From: Escherichia phage 55
Sequence record: OQ599310
Reading direction: 5' to 3' (one strand)
Length of the DNA: 64,000 nucleotides
Part shown: positions 36,246 to 47,558 of the stretch, piece after piece
Position numbering within the stretch: the stretch's first letter is position 1
Layout: the number at the start of each line of letters is the position of its first letter
The notes under the pieces: model-generated
Database searches by the model: none
Told to the model about the DNA's origin: nothing
The model's input: only the letters and a program-made list of their open reading frames with translations
Program-made: the position numbers and the translations under genes

Positions 36246-36253
36246 TATTTATA
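36246..36253 (-). promoter_or_regulatory. late promoter for gene 9
   Basis: TATAAATA on minus strand 33 nt upstream. Confidence 0.65.
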
Positions 36254-36254
36254 G

Positions 36255-36282
36255 ATACAAAAATGGGAGCCCGAAGGCTCCC
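36255..36282 (-). terminator. terminator downstream of gene 8
   Basis: GGGAGCC cgaa GGCTCCC then T-run on minus strand. Confidence 0.7.
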
Positions 36283-36285
36283 TAA

Positions 36286-37290
36286 TTAAAACATAAACAA
36301 AATGTTAATTTCTTCTGTTTGGTCCATTGCCATAATAACAGGTGGTCGGTTTTCCATATAAATCATTTCACCTGAATGACGTTGCAGGTCTCTAGGGTCG
36401 TAATAATCCTTTTCTGCTTTAACATTAGGGTCATTTGGATTTTTCTTAGCTTCTAATGGGTTTGCGATAATTGATATCTGTCTAAAACCCTTGTTACCAG
36501 GCAAAGCTGCCTCAGGGAAATAAACAGAATCAAAATATGCTTTAAACCGCATCGTATTGGCTTTAACACGGTAAATCAAGCCGTAGTCGTCTTGTTGCCA
36601 AGTTAAGTTATTTTCATATCCCCAACGGGTTGGGTCTTCTTTAATTTCTTCCGGCCATGGAACTACAAGATATTCGTTAGTGCAACGGTTAATTGACACA
36701 TCGGCAGGAATCTCATAAAGGTATTCCCAAATATATCCATCACCGGTTTCGATAACCCCATTAGCATCGCCTCTGCCTTCAGGAGGAGACATAGAACGAA
36801 CAGACGGAGTCCATTTACCACCTAATTTAAGACATTCATCTTTATTATCTAAAGATTCTATTGAACAGAGCCCTACGTCAGGGACGTCTAAACAACGGTA
36901 AATTAACCAACCGGCTCCAACTTCTGTCGCGTTGTACGGAGCAGTATTACATGCGACTATATCGTTAATTCTAAACGTGTAAGGGTCCGGATATCGCACA
37001 TCTCCCCAATCACGCCTAGGAATAACAGAATCTAACATTGAAGGTAAAACTTTAACGGTACCCATCATATGGGTCCACATATCAGTAACACCAAGAACAG
37101 AATCTGTAGGATAAGGTGGGGCGAAGCCCACCTCATTTTCATTTGACGCCCAAGGCTCTGAACGTCCAAACGTAATATAAATGGAGTTCTTATCATCTCC
37201 ATCCCCAACTGAATTATAAAAATTCAGCATTTTCTCTGTTCTAAATTTTGATGTAACTATTGCACGATAGATAACACTTGAATCATTCAT
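36286..37290 (-). CDS. 8: baseplate wedge gp8
   Basis: 334 aa as in T4; synteny. Confidence 0.88.
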   Translation of the reverse strand: MNDSSVIYRAIVTSKFRTEKMLNFYNSVGDGDDKNSIYITFGRSEPWASNENEVGFAPPYPTDSVLGVTDMWTHMMGTVKVLPSMLDSVIPRRDWGDVRYPDPYTFRINDIVACNTAPYNATEVGAGWLIYRCLDVPDVGLCSIESLDNKDECLKLGGKWTPSVRSMSPPEGRGDANGVIETGDGYIWEYLYEIPADVSINRCTNEYLVVPWPEEIKEDPTRWGYENNLTWQQDDYGLIYRVKANTMRFKAYFDSVYFPEAALPGNKGFRQISIIANPLEAKKNPNDPNVKAEKDYYDPRDLQRHSGEMIYMENRPPVIMAMDQTEEINILFMF

Positions 37291-40200
37291 CTAATTTAAC
37301 CTGTGGTGGATTCACGGGGTCTCTTGGATTTCCTACATTATCGATTAACCGCTGTTCAACCAAATCTCTAAATCTAGAGAATGTTGTTCCGGACGCATCA
37401 AATAATGGGCTCATCAGTTTACGTCGTTCCGATGGAAGTTGACCTTGAAATATGGAGTTATTGTTTTCAGCGTTATAATCTTCAGGCAATGGATAATCTT
37501 GACCAGCCATAGGGCCTATTTCATATATCGCTTTACCTGTAATAGGGTCAAACTCAACATTTCCTTGTGGGTCTAATTTAGCCACTCGGTCTGCATATTT
37601 AGTCGGTAATCCAGAATCCCACTTATAGTTTTTGTATTTATTAATAATGGTTTCAACATGTTTAAGTGTTAATCCGGTGTTAATAAACATTGTGAGAAGG
37701 GTAATTGCGATAAATCCAAATCCAACCGGATGAACAAAACGTAATACGTCTGATTTCCAACGAGATGATGGAAGTTTAGATTTAATCTTCATTACGTAGT
37801 ATGCTCTACCACGATTTATGTAATCGATGTTGTTCTGAGAAAGCTCTTTACCTTTAATACCACGAACAATTTCACCTTCAAAACCCGGGAGTCTTTCAGC
37901 TTTAACTTCTTGTCCTTGGATTAAACGACCTAAGAGGTTGTGAATTGTTACGGTCCATTGTAATTTACCTTTAGAGTAACTTCTCTCGATATACGTCACA
38001 TTACAACGTCCTGTCGCGGTGTATATGGTTTGTCCGACCAAATCTTCTGTCAACGAATCAGATTCAATGATGATATCATATTCGGTCCCGGAACTAGATT
38101 CAATTTCAATTTCAACATCTTCGTTATAAAGCACTTTAAACAAGAATTTATATGACGCTTCAGTTCCTTTAGTTGAATAGAAGTCATAACTTCTTGATTC
38201 AAAGAAACGAGACACTAAATCGCGTTTTTCGGCGTTTAAGTAAATGTTTCGTTTATAAATCTCAGACCATAAATATTCCCACGCATGTTCTTCTCGCGGA
38301 TATTGATTTTTAATAAGATTCAAAAGGTTGTTATAATGGGTCCCATAACCGTCAGAAAGATACTGAATATAAGCCTCGCAGAATGCTTCGAAGTTTGTAT
38401 TATCTAAAAGATAAGACTCCGGCATCATTGTAGTGAGCAATGGTCGTAAATCTGGGTCCGCAATGCCGTTCTCTTCTACAGGAGTCCATGTGGTATCTTT
38501 TTCTTGGTTTTGTAACGATGCTGTTAAGAATATATTAGTAGGCTTCCAAATTATAGAAACATTATCTCTAACACGATAACTAAAATCATAATAAGAAATA
38601 ATCTCACCCGATGATTTATAGAAAATCATGCCGGATGCATATTTTTTAAATCCGGTGAAATCTACGTTAGGCATCACTATTGTACAGTCACCGTCCTTCC
38701 AATATTCATGAACTTCACGGTCTGAAGAACTAAGTGGATGATTCTCAATAACCTTAGTGTAAAGTAAATCAGAATAAATTACAACGGCCTTGTCTGAGTT
38801 ATTAATCCAACAACGAGTACCAGACTTTCTAGAATAACTAAAGAATGGCTCAGCATAGTATTCCATCGGTTGAGGAGTGAACGATTCCCATTGAGAGTCT
38901 TCAGTTGAAATAAATGCCATCATATGATAATGTTTATCAGCCAACCATTCGCGAGGATACTCATATTTAACAGCACCGATTAAACCGTACTTGATTTGTG
39001 TTTTTGGGTCATCAACAATATCCGATTCTAGAAATTTAAAATTACTAGATGAAATAGATAACTCAACACCATCAGTAGACATACTGGTGTACCCAGGTTC
39101 AATACGACGGCGTTCTTCTTCAGTATTACCAAACACACGTTTAAATGTGCCAGCATCATGGTCTAGAACGTAAACGCCCTTATCAGCAGAATCAACAATA
39201 GGAGTGGTCCTCGGGTCGTCATTAAGATTAACAACTTCGCCGATAATCAGTGCAAATATTTTACCGCCAACAGAATCCATTTTATAGCAAACTGCCTTAG
39301 GGTTACCTGTGATGTTAAATGTTTCTTGTTCAAACAAACGTTCGGAATATGTCGGAGATAACGGGTCTGAATCAATAGGGGCATTACTAGTTTTAATAAA
39401 ACGAACTTTATCTCGAGCAGCAACGTATACATAATCGTCGTTGCAAACGATAGCTTCTGCAATACGTGATACGTTAGCAGGTAATGATGCGTAGTTACCA
39501 AATATTTCTACATCAAATCCTAAATTTAACTGGTCACCAATTTTAGCAAATGTTATATCTTGAGAACTAAATCTCACATCATCAGCAGACCAACGAACGT
39601 CAGTTGATTTACGGCCGTAAAATAATTTATCATACCCAAGAACATACGTGGTATAACCTGTCTGGTAATACACTGTTCTTGATACAGGGTACCCTACACG
39701 GTCATTAAACAATTTAACCGATTTCCAGGTTTGTCCCTTATCATTAGAGACTTTAACCACAGGCTGATACCGTTCAAACAAATAAAGAATTCCTTCGGAT
39801 TCCATCAAATAAACACGGTTTATATCATGACACACCTGTTGAATCGAACCTTGAATTTCATGATACTCATTTTCGCCAATAATGAAATTTTTAATAGATG
39901 AAATATCCGCATAAGCAGGGCTAAATTGGAACGATTCATTCATTAGAGCTGCCATTATAGTGTCGTTATTAAAATCGACATAAGCCATGTTGTTATTTGT
40001 AAATTTTTCTCTAATAAAAGTGTTAGCCAATTGCATTTCAATCATATGTTGAAATGTATACGCGTTAGTCTGAAATGATTCAAATATTTCGGTATATACC
40101 CAATCAGATCTCTCGAAGCCTTCAGCGGCAGTTGATACACGAATAATATAAGAAGTTAATGGGTCTAAGCTACTTTCGAACCAGTTGCTATTAGGAGTAT

Positions 40201-40381
40201 ATCCTAAATTTATCCATCTGTAGCTGGCAGGGGGAATTATTTCCCCGTCTGCCGTTTTAGTCTCAGCGATTTCTACGAAATAGTAGAAATTAGCACCAAC
40301 GTCATCCCAGCGTATTTGAACTTGGTTAGCGGACAACTTGGATATTCTGAGACTTGTGACTGCTGGCGCTTTTACTGTCAT
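37283..40381 (-). CDS. 7: baseplate wedge gp7
   Basis: 1032 aa as in T4; synteny. Confidence 0.92.
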   Translation of the reverse strand: MTVKAPAVTSLRISKLSANQVQIRWDDVGANFYYFVEIAETKTADGEIIPPASYRWINLGYTPNSNWFESSLDPLTSYIIRVSTAAEGFERSDWVYTEIFESFQTNAYTFQHMIEMQLANTFIREKFTNNNMAYVDFNNDTIMAALMNESFQFSPAYADISSIKNFIIGENEYHEIQGSIQQVCHDINRVYLMESEGILYLFERYQPVVKVSNDKGQTWKSVKLFNDRVGYPVSRTVYYQTGYTTYVLGYDKLFYGRKSTDVRWSADDVRFSSQDITFAKIGDQLNLGFDVEIFGNYASLPANVSRIAEAIVCNDDYVYVAARDKVRFIKTSNAPIDSDPLSPTYSERLFEQETFNITGNPKAVCYKMDSVGGKIFALIIGEVVNLNDDPRTTPIVDSADKGVYVLDHDAGTFKRVFGNTEEERRRIEPGYTSMSTDGVELSISSSNFKFLESDIVDDPKTQIKYGLIGAVKYEYPREWLADKHYHMMAFISTEDSQWESFTPQPMEYYAEPFFSYSRKSGTRCWINNSDKAVVIYSDLLYTKVIENHPLSSSDREVHEYWKDGDCTIVMPNVDFTGFKKYASGMIFYKSSGEIISYYDFSYRVRDNVSIIWKPTNIFLTASLQNQEKDTTWTPVEENGIADPDLRPLLTTMMPESYLLDNTNFEAFCEAYIQYLSDGYGTHYNNLLNLIKNQYPREEHAWEYLWSEIYKRNIYLNAEKRDLVSRFFESRSYDFYSTKGTEASYKFLFKVLYNEDVEIEIESSSGTEYDIIIESDSLTEDLVGQTIYTATGRCNVTYIERSYSKGKLQWTVTIHNLLGRLIQGQEVKAERLPGFEGEIVRGIKGKELSQNNIDYINRGRAYYVMKIKSKLPSSRWKSDVLRFVHPVGFGFIAITLLTMFINTGLTLKHVETIINKYKNYKWDSGLPTKYADRVAKLDPQGNVEFDPITGKAIYEIGPMAGQDYPLPEDYNAENNNSIFQGQLPSERRKLMSPLFDASGTTFSRFRDLVEQRLIDNVGNPRDPVNPPQVKLDE

Positions 40382-42351
40382 TGTGAAATAGGCTCCAAAT
40401 CTATAGTTAAGTACTGAGGACGTAAGTCATTTTCAAATACGATTAAAGAACCATCCTTTGTAAAAATAATATCATCTGCAGGGTCGGAATAAAGTTCAAT
40501 TGTTTGGACTTCAAAACGGTCTGAAGTGAGGTCAATTTTAGCGATGTTCCAATAAATCGAATCGGCAGGATAATTCACTTCGCCAATTGAATAGTATTTG
40601 TTTCGTCCGTCAGTAACAGTAAGTTTATTAAAATCATTACCTGTATAAGGTTGTATATTTTCGTTTTCAACAACATCACCGTCTGCAAATGGACCAATAA
40701 TAACTTGACCTATGCCACGGTCATTACGGTCAGAAGATACTATGCGAACACCGTATTTAATAGTTTCGTTTGCATTTTCTGGATTAGGTCTGTGCGAATC
40801 AAACGAGAATATATTAGATTCCATCGATCTATCTTTAATCTGATTATTGTATTTAATACCGGCCTCAGGCGTTTTATAGAAGTTTTGTACTTCGCGAACC
40901 ATTTGAATAGTAGCTGAAGAACCAATAATAGAAATATCTGCATCATCGACATAAGTTAGCATTTTAGATTTTGCAAACGATGAGTTAAAAATTTCTACAT
41001 CTTCAATATAATATCGGTCAATTTTATTAATAATTTGCCCTTCAAGATATTGTTCTGATTCTTGGAGTTTATTCAACGCGTATGTAACTTTGATATTCAT
41101 TTTGATAAACAAATAATCAGGCGAAATAACAACAGGTGTAATAGTCCCTAAGTTATAATCATTTAAATAGTTTTTGATATCATCACGTTGAACAGAAGTC
41201 AAATACAATCCAGATTTAGGCTTAGCAGCAATATATGCGTACCCTGGTTTAGATGAATCTGTGAATGTTTGAACCGCTTGAATAATAGAACCAAACCGCT
41301 CAGAAACGAATGTGTCATAGTCGGAAGCGGTTACACAACGTTGTTGAGTTTCGCGTTTAATTGTGCCTAATTCTCGAATACGTTCAATATCTTCAGGGTC
41401 ACCACCGCCATCGGCCCCGACAAAGTCTGGGTTATTGCTAGGGTTCTCGTTAATATCGATTACCGTGATATTAGCTAATGTATCGGCATAAGAAAATCCT
41501 ACAGCACCGTTAGCATCTGCGCCATTAGTAGAAATATACTCAATTACGATTTTAGAACCCTGAACAGGTTTAAGGCCACCAATATAGTTAGATGTTAACG
41601 CACCTTCTGATGTGTTAATAGAGATTTCGCCCTCACCAAAATAAAATTCGGTGTTCCCGTCAACTGTTTCACGCATATAATAGATTGTTGACGTAGAACC
41701 AGCGTGAACCATAGACTTACGAGTCCAGTTAATCCATTCTGCTCCATCAACGTATAACTTAACCAAATTACGGTCAATATTCTTATCACGAATAATGATA
41801 GGTTTTAATTTATCAAATGTTAATTCAGTGCGAACAATACGTCCTTGAGCTAATCGAAGACGTGGAAAATATTGGTTATTTTTGTCTTTAACTACAATGA
41901 CATCTTCAGTAGAAACAAAGTTATACGGGTTAACAGAAGTATCTTTAGCGTATGCTAAGAAACGAGTGCCACGTGGAATGGTGATATAGTTTCTATTTAA
42001 CGCATCCGTACATGTGAGCATAATTTCTGTTTGTGCTGCTGATTTAGATGAAGGCAGATATCCATTATCTTGAGCCGCTTGTACAACAGAACTACGCAAG
42101 TTTGCAGTACGCATAAAACTTTCATACACTGCACTATTACTGAACTGTTGGATGTAAAGAGTGTTATATGCTAAAAGGTCGCACAATACGTTTAAGCGTG
42201 AACCTTCAAAATCATAATCAAGAAATTCATTCTGTCCATGGAGCCATTCGATAATGTTTTGTTTGATTTCGGCAAATGTGCCCCCGATAAAAATCTCGGG
42301 AATAGCATTCGCTGTTCGGGTTAATTGATAATTTACAGGAGTGTTTGCCAT
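40378..42351 (-). CDS. 6: baseplate wedge gp6
   Basis: Start at MANTPVNYQLTRTANAIPEIF (T4 gp6 N-terminus); ORF-track 19-aa extension rejected. Confidence 0.9.
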   Translation of the reverse strand: MANTPVNYQLTRTANAIPEIFIGGTFAEIKQNIIEWLHGQNEFLDYDFEGSRLNVLCDLLAYNTLYIQQFSNSAVYESFMRTANLRSSVVQAAQDNGYLPSSKSAAQTEIMLTCTDALNRNYITIPRGTRFLAYAKDTSVNPYNFVSTEDVIVVKDKNNQYFPRLRLAQGRIVRTELTFDKLKPIIIRDKNIDRNLVKLYVDGAEWINWTRKSMVHAGSTSTIYYMRETVDGNTEFYFGEGEISINTSEGALTSNYIGGLKPVQGSKIVIEYISTNGADANGAVGFSYADTLANITVIDINENPSNNPDFVGADGGGDPEDIERIRELGTIKRETQQRCVTASDYDTFVSERFGSIIQAVQTFTDSSKPGYAYIAAKPKSGLYLTSVQRDDIKNYLNDYNLGTITPVVISPDYLFIKMNIKVTYALNKLQESEQYLEGQIINKIDRYYIEDVEIFNSSFAKSKMLTYVDDADISIIGSSATIQMVREVQNFYKTPEAGIKYNNQIKDRSMESNIFSFDSHRPNPENANETIKYGVRIVSSDRNDRGIGQVIIGPFADGDVVENENIQPYTGNDFNKLTVTDGRNKYYSIGEVNYPADSIYWNIAKIDLTSDRFEVQTIELYSDPADDIIFTKDGSLIVFENDLRPQYLTIDLEPISQ

Positions 42352-42359
42352 TTTAATTC

Positions 42360-42653
42360 CTATTTTATAAAGACTTTTGACGAGGCCTGAGAAACAGTAT
42401 CCCCGCATGAAATTGGGTCAGCCATTTGAACGGCCTTTTTACCGGTGACGTATACTTTAGATGTACGAGGTTCAGTAACACCTCCATGAGTCTCGTATGG
42501 TTTTTTAATTTCTGTATGAGGTGTTATTTGGTCTCCTGCCACAAGAACAGGAATACCGCCGGTGAACACTTTAGATTGGGAAGCATTTATTACAGTAGGA
42601 GGCCATGCTTCATGACCTGTTGTAACGCACTTGTCGTAACTTAAGCCAGACAT
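42360..42653 (-). CDS. 5.4: PAAR-repeat spike tip protein gp5.4
   Basis: 97 aa from [11 protein letters not shown]; matches remembered T4 gp5.4. Confidence 0.9.
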   Translation of the reverse strand: MSGLSYDKCVTTGHEAWPPTVINASQSKVFTGGIPVLVAGDQITPHTEIKKPYETHGGVTEPRTSKVYVTGKKAVQMADPISCGDTVSQASSKVFIK

Positions 42654-42655
42654 TT

Positions 42656-43171
42656 TTATGGCCTCATATAAACATAGTTTCGTAATTGTTGTGCCCATTT
42701 GCTCCAATTTCCTACTATAGTTTTTGTATAAACCTTAGTAAGAGTTTTTTGTACTGGAGCCGGTGGAGGTTCTGTACCAGAGTCACTTCTAGAACCGCCT
42801 GATGAACTTTCTTCTTGGTAGTTATAAATCATTTCAACCGTATAACTAAACACTTTACGAAGATTCTGAGGAGCTCTCCACAAATATAACTGTGTGGACT
42901 CATCTTTTGGTAAATCATCCCATGAAGATGCGGTTTCAAAATCATCATTTAATCGGTATTTCAATGCGTCCGAAGAAAAGCTAAACACACTTTCATATGT
43001 TCCATATAAACGATTACCATCTACCGTAATGCCTTGTGTTGGTTCATAATCTATTATATTTATTGACACTAAAGTTTCGGACGTTTCTAACTGTGGAGTA
43101 AAAAGGACGTCAATAGACGCCCCTTCCATGTCTTCTCCTAAGTCGGTATTTAAAGGAAGTATTTGTGCCAT
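42656..43171 (-). CDS. 5.1: hypothetical protein gp5.1
   Basis: 171 aa between genes 5 and 5.4 as in T4. Confidence 0.7.
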   Translation of the reverse strand: MAQILPLNTDLGEDMEGASIDVLFTPQLETSETLVSINIIDYEPTQGITVDGNRLYGTYESVFSFSSDALKYRLNDDFETASSWDDLPKDESTQLYLWRAPQNLRKVFSYTVEMIYNYQEESSSGGSRSDSGTEPPPAPVQKTLTKVYTKTIVGNWSKWAQQLRNYVYMRP

Positions 43172-43174
43172 ATA

Positions 43175-44908
43175 TTACCCAATATCAATACGAGATCCGT
43201 CAACAGTGTATTGTCCTGAAGCTACTGAGCTCATTGTAGACATTGTTTCTGCCCAATCACCTGCAACAGTCATATCAACATTACCATTAACAGTCCATTT
43301 AACGTTTCCGTTGACGGTGTAATCATGATTCCCTTCGACCTGAGTTTTAGCATCACCTTTAACAAGAATATCTGCATTTCCGTCAACAACTATTTTGATA
43401 TTCCCCTTAACGTAAAGAGTTCCATCACCTTCAACAGTTTTAGATTGGTTACCACGAATAAAGATTGTGTCATTGCCGTCTATTTGATGGAGGCGGTCTG
43501 CCATGTTATAATATATTTCATTAGCGCCAACATTAACAAGCTTATCGCCAGAAATCAAGAAGTTCCCGTCGCCATTAGTGATGTCAAAAAGGTCTTCTAC
43601 AGTTTTACGAGTACGACGCCCAGACGGAGAAACTTCCTCATATGACCCTGTTGGATGAACTAAGCGATAACGTTCATTACCTGGAGTATCGTCAAATTCT
43701 TGGATATGACCGCTTTCTGTTTCCATAGCATGAACATACGGATACTCACCACGATAACTTGATTCCGGTTCTTTAAAAAGGATACGTGAATCTAATGGAA
43801 CAGGAGGACCAGCAGGGTCTTCTGAATCGGTATTTCTAGTAACTAAATCAGCACCAACTCCTGGTGAAGGCGGCGTTTTAACAGGAACACCGTATGATTC
43901 CATGTTACCGGTTAAAATAATTGTTGTTACACGTGAAGCACGCCCTTTAGTCTGTTGGAACCATAATGAATCGCGTCCAGATTTGTATGCAGTTTTCCAA
44001 TCGCCTTCGGCCATTGCTTTAAGCATAGTATTGAATTTTGCTACACCACCAACGCCCATTTGGAAGCACATGTTTTCTAATGCCATTTGACGAGACCTGT
44101 TCATTTTAGCATAAACAGGACCTACTTTAGAATTAGAACGAATGTCTTTCTGCATCTTAGCAAGGTCTTTCTCAAATAACGCTGTTGCTTCTTCTAATGT
44201 AATAGTTCCCGGATTTCCTGTTACTTCACGCCCTACTTGATCGGATAACAATTTATTAATTCGAGACATATCTCGGGTCTTTTCCATTACGATAAGGTGT
44301 CCAATACCTACGGTAGGATATCCGAGATGGTCCCAATACACTTTATCACGAAGACCTTCGTCACGACGTAACATTTCTGTTATTGTAAAATTAGGGTCAT
44401 CATCTTCTGGAATATTTGCTAAATCTGTATCATCTGGGTTTATACCATAATCCAAGTTGTTATCTTGAATTACGTTAGAGTTTGAATAATAACCAGCTTC
44501 ACCACCTTGGTTTAATACGTTCGTATCATTACCTAAACGTCGTGGATACTGGCCTGTCGGGTCTGAAAAACCTTCAAGTCTATTAGGCTTTTCACGTACG
44601 ATTCCACCGTATGTACCAAGTACAATCCCGTTTGTTTTCCATTTGTCTAAGAAATGACCATATACTCGAGTTCCTTCAACAGGACCTGTAACAGAACCAC
44701 CAATACCTGACATTGATGCAGACGTAATAGGTTGAATAACAGTCATCCATGGAAGTTTTTCTGTAGGAATACCTTGTACATCACCTTGTGCTCTCTGTGC
44801 TGGATGAAGACCAACGACTCGAACTCGAACTCGCCCTTGTTTTAATGGGTCCATTCTGTCCTCGACAACACCCACGAACCAATTAAGGCTACTGCTAATC
44901 ATTTCCAT
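43175..44908 (-). CDS. 5: baseplate central spike with lysozyme domain gp5
   Basis: 577 aa; lysozyme motif GYPTVGIGHL; C-terminal VxGxxxxx beta-helix repeats. Confidence 0.95.
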   Translation of the reverse strand: MEMISSSLNWFVGVVEDRMDPLKQGRVRVRVVGLHPAQRAQGDVQGIPTEKLPWMTVIQPITSASMSGIGGSVTGPVEGTRVYGHFLDKWKTNGIVLGTYGGIVREKPNRLEGFSDPTGQYPRRLGNDTNVLNQGGEAGYYSNSNVIQDNNLDYGINPDDTDLANIPEDDDPNFTITEMLRRDEGLRDKVYWDHLGYPTVGIGHLIVMEKTRDMSRINKLLSDQVGREVTGNPGTITLEEATALFEKDLAKMQKDIRSNSKVGPVYAKMNRSRQMALENMCFQMGVGGVAKFNTMLKAMAEGDWKTAYKSGRDSLWFQQTKGRASRVTTIILTGNMESYGVPVKTPPSPGVGADLVTRNTDSEDPAGPPVPLDSRILFKEPESSYRGEYPYVHAMETESGHIQEFDDTPGNERYRLVHPTGSYEEVSPSGRRTRKTVEDLFDITNGDGNFLISGDKLVNVGANEIYYNMADRLHQIDGNDTIFIRGNQSKTVEGDGTLYVKGNIKIVVDGNADILVKGDAKTQVEGNHDYTVNGNVKWTVNGNVDMTVAGDWAETMSTMSSVASGQYTVDGSRIDIG

Positions 44909-45483
44909 TATGCAATCTCCATCTCACGAATCAAATCAGTAATAAACGAGTTTATATCTTCTTTTGCAACAATTTTTATTTTACGAAGTTTTTCGTTATC
45001 TAATACTGCCGCTTCATAAATATCAACCGCAGCTAAAGGTCCTTTATACTGTGGATATTTGCGAGCTTCATCACCTTTATCGTACCAAACTAAAGGCTCG
45101 TCAGGATATGAAACTAAATTGTAAAATTTCTCACGGTTCTCGTTAATATGATAAAGAATTTGGTCGCCGCCTGCATTAGCATATTTCTGAATAGAAGCTT
45201 GATACGCTGCTTCCTGAGATGTAATCCAACCATAATACGGGTCGTAGTTGTCATTACACATCAAAAGAACCCAGTATAATTGAGGGTTGCCATAAATGAT
45301 ATTCGCTAGTTCTTCAGGACGCGGAGAGCCTTTAATATAATAAGAACGTAATCTATAATTGGCAGCAACACGCTTAAAGTACTCTTTATAGTTACGAAAT
45401 ATGTCTGTCATAGGAATAGTAGGTGCATTCTTATCAACTGTTTTAGCACTATATCCTATTGGGTCGAAGAATGTAAATAACAA
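44908..45483 (-). CDS. 53: baseplate wedge gp53
   Basis: 191 aa; MLFTFFDPIGYSAKTV matches T4 gp53. Confidence 0.9.
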   Translation of the reverse strand: MLFTFFDPIGYSAKTVDKNAPTIPMTDIFRNYKEYFKRVAANYRLRSYYIKGSPRPEELANIIYGNPQLYWVLLMCNDNYDPYYGWITSQEAAYQASIQKYANAGGDQILYHINENREKFYNLVSYPDEPLVWYDKGDEARKYPQYKGPLAAVDIYEAAVLDNEKLRKIKIVAKEDINSFITDLIREMEIA

Positions 45484-45510
45484 GATAGTCTCCTTCCAAT
45501 ATGAAATTGG

Positions 45511-45518
45511 TATAAATA
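45511..45518 (+). promoter_or_regulatory. late promoter for gene 4
   Basis: TATAAATA 27 nt upstream of ATG 45545. Confidence 0.65.
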
Positions 45519-45525
45519 ATAATAC

Positions 45526-45533
45526 TATTTATA
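45526..45533 (-). promoter_or_regulatory. late promoter for gene 53 (divergent, crossing the gene 4 promoter)
   Basis: TATAAATA on minus strand. Confidence 0.55.
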
Positions 45534-45544
45534 AGGAGGACAAC

Positions 45545-45994
45545 ATGGCCTACTCTGGTAAATGGGTCCCAAAAAATTTAAAAAAATACCGTGGAGACCA
45601 TACCAAAATAACGTATCGTTCAAACTGGGAAAAATTCTTTTTCGAATGGTTGGATAAAAATCCAGAAATTATTGCATGGGGTAGTGAAACAGCAGTAATT
45701 CCATATTTTTGTAATGCTGAAGGTAAGAAACGTCGATACTATATGGACATATGGATGAAAGATGCATCAGGTCAAGAGTTCTTTGTAGAAATAAAACCAA
45801 AGAAAGAAACTCAGCCACCTATTAAACCGGTGAATCTTACAACTGCGGCTAAGAAACGTTATATGAATGAAATCTACACGTGGTCTGTGAACTGTGACAA
45901 ATGGAAAGCTGCCTCAGCTGTTGCTGAAAAGAGAAATATAAAATTTCGAGTTCTAACCGAAGATGGTCTTAGAAAACTCGGATACAAGGGGTAA
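45545..45994 (+). CDS. 4: head completion protein gp4
   Basis: [11 protein letters not shown] start after AAGGAGGA RBS; ORF-track upstream extension rejected. Confidence 0.95.
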   Translation: MAYSGKWVPKNLKKYRGDHTKITYRSNWEKFFFEWLDKNPEIIAWGSETAVIPYFCNAEGKKRRYYMDIWMKDASGQEFFVEIKPKKETQPPIKPVNLTTAAKKRYMNEIYTWSVNCDKWKAASAVAEKRNIKFRVLTEDGLRKLGYKG

Positions 45995-45996
45995 TT

Positions 45997-46818
45997 ATGA
46001 GCATATTCCAAATTATATCTGAAGGCGTACAAGCCCCTAAGATTGCTCAGTCTATGAATGAAAGAAAATGGATTGAGATAGGATTAGAATACAAGAAAGC
46101 TAAAGAGAAAGGAATCACTGCAAAAGCATTTGCAGAATCAAAAGGAATAAAATACTCGTCGTTTACATCTGCAATGTCTAGATATGCATCATCTATTAAG
46201 ACTGCACAGAAAATTGAAACGCTTGAATCTAAACCTAAAAATAAACTCAATAAGCAAGAACGTCAACTTCTGATGATAAACTCGTTTCGCAGTTCAATAC
46301 GAGAAAAGATTAGAAATGAAGGCGCAGCAGTAAACAACAAATCATCTAAGTGGTTTGTTGAAACAATTAAAAAAAGTGTAAAAGGTCATAAAGTAGTCAA
46401 ACCTACGCCAGGCAAAATTTATACTTACGTGTATGATGCTAAACATAAAGATACTCTGCCATACTGGGACCGATATCCTTTGATTATTTATTTAGGATTA
46501 GGTAAACATAATTTGATGTATGGGTTAAACTTGCACTATATCCCACCTAAAGCACGTCAACAGTTTCTTGAAGAATTGCTGAAGCAATATGCTAGCACAA
46601 CTACTATTACTAATAACACAAAGTTGAAGATAGACTGGAGCAAGGTGAAAGGATTTCAAGGTGCTGACAAAATGATTAAAGCATACCTGCCAGGCCACAT
46701 TAGAGGAACAATAACAGAAATAGCTCCTAAAGACTGGGCTAACATAATCATGTTACCTACTCAGCAGTTTATGTCAAAAGGAAAACGTTTCTCTGCGAAT
46801 ACTGTTTGGAAATCTTAA
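45997..46818 (+). CDS. 2: DNA end protector gp2
   Basis: 273 aa; synteny 4-2-3-1. Confidence 0.85.
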   Translation: MSIFQIISEGVQAPKIAQSMNERKWIEIGLEYKKAKEKGITAKAFAESKGIKYSSFTSAMSRYASSIKTAQKIETLESKPKNKLNKQERQLLMINSFRSSIREKIRNEGAAVNNKSSKWFVETIKKSVKGHKVVKPTPGKIYTYVYDAKHKDTLPYWDRYPLIIYLGLGKHNLMYGLNLHYIPPKARQQFLEELLKQYASTTTITNNTKLKIDWSKVKGFQGADKMIKAYLPGHIRGTITEIAPKDWANIIMLPTQQFMSKGKRFSANTVWKS

Positions 46819-46920
46819 TTCTATTCTCTTCCGTTCTTCTGATATTCTGTTGAACCGGATTAATGGAAGAGACCTAAAACTATTATACTGCATTTTTATT
46901 AAAGCGTTTTTGAGGTGCTT

Positions 46921-47505
46921 ATGACTCGTCCAACGAGACAGATTTTTAACCAAACAAATATAACAAACTTTGTTGTGGATATCCCAGATAGTACACGAAC
47001 TTCAGGTTTTGTGCTCAATGCCCAAACGGCTCCATTGCCAGGTGTGAGAATTCCTGTTGTTGAAACTGTGACAGGCACGATGGGGTTAGGACGTGCAATG
47101 CGTGCAGGCACCACATTTGAATACGACCCTTTTGTTGTACGATTTATAGTTGATGAAGACATGACGTCCTGGATGAACATGTATAAATGGATGCTCAGCA
47201 CTAATAACTATATAACCGGACATAATACGGCACACTCTGATGGCCCTGAGTTTGTTACTTTGCACATTTTAAACAACAATAAGACCGAAGTAGTTTTGAC
47301 GGCAAATTTCTATAAACCATGGATTTCTGATTTGAGTGAAATTGAATTTAGTTACACCGAAGACTCTGACCCTGCCGTTACGTGCGTAGCAACTATTCAC
47401 TACGCGTATATGACGATAGAAAAAGATGGCGAAGTCATTGTATCTCAACAACCACGTCAAGCGGTCGAATCTAAATCCATTTCTAGACACCCTTCTTTGC
47501 GTTAA
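46921..47505 (+). CDS. 3: tail completion / tail tube terminator gp3
   Basis: ATG 46921 after GAGG; track start 46915 is GTG; synteny. Confidence 0.8.
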   Translation: MTRPTRQIFNQTNITNFVVDIPDSTRTSGFVLNAQTAPLPGVRIPVVETVTGTMGLGRAMRAGTTFEYDPFVVRFIVDEDMTSWMNMYKWMLSTNNYITGHNTAHSDGPEFVTLHILNNNKTEVVLTANFYKPWISDLSEIEFSYTEDSDPAVTCVATIHYAYMTIEKDGEVIVSQQPRQAVESKSISRHPSLR

Positions 47506-47558
47506 TCGCTTCTAGCTCCGTATGTTATAATCACTCATAAATTATATGAGGAAAACTT

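Noticed and set aside
45401-45544. 48-codon N-terminal extension of gene 4
   Set aside because: The extension overlaps gene 53 and the late promoters; the true start MAYSGKW at 45545 follows AAGGAGGA.
47505-47531. Possible middle promoter upstream of gene 1 (TCGCTTCTA ... TATAAT)
   Set aside because: The MotA box core reads CGCTT rather than TGCTT; too weak to call.
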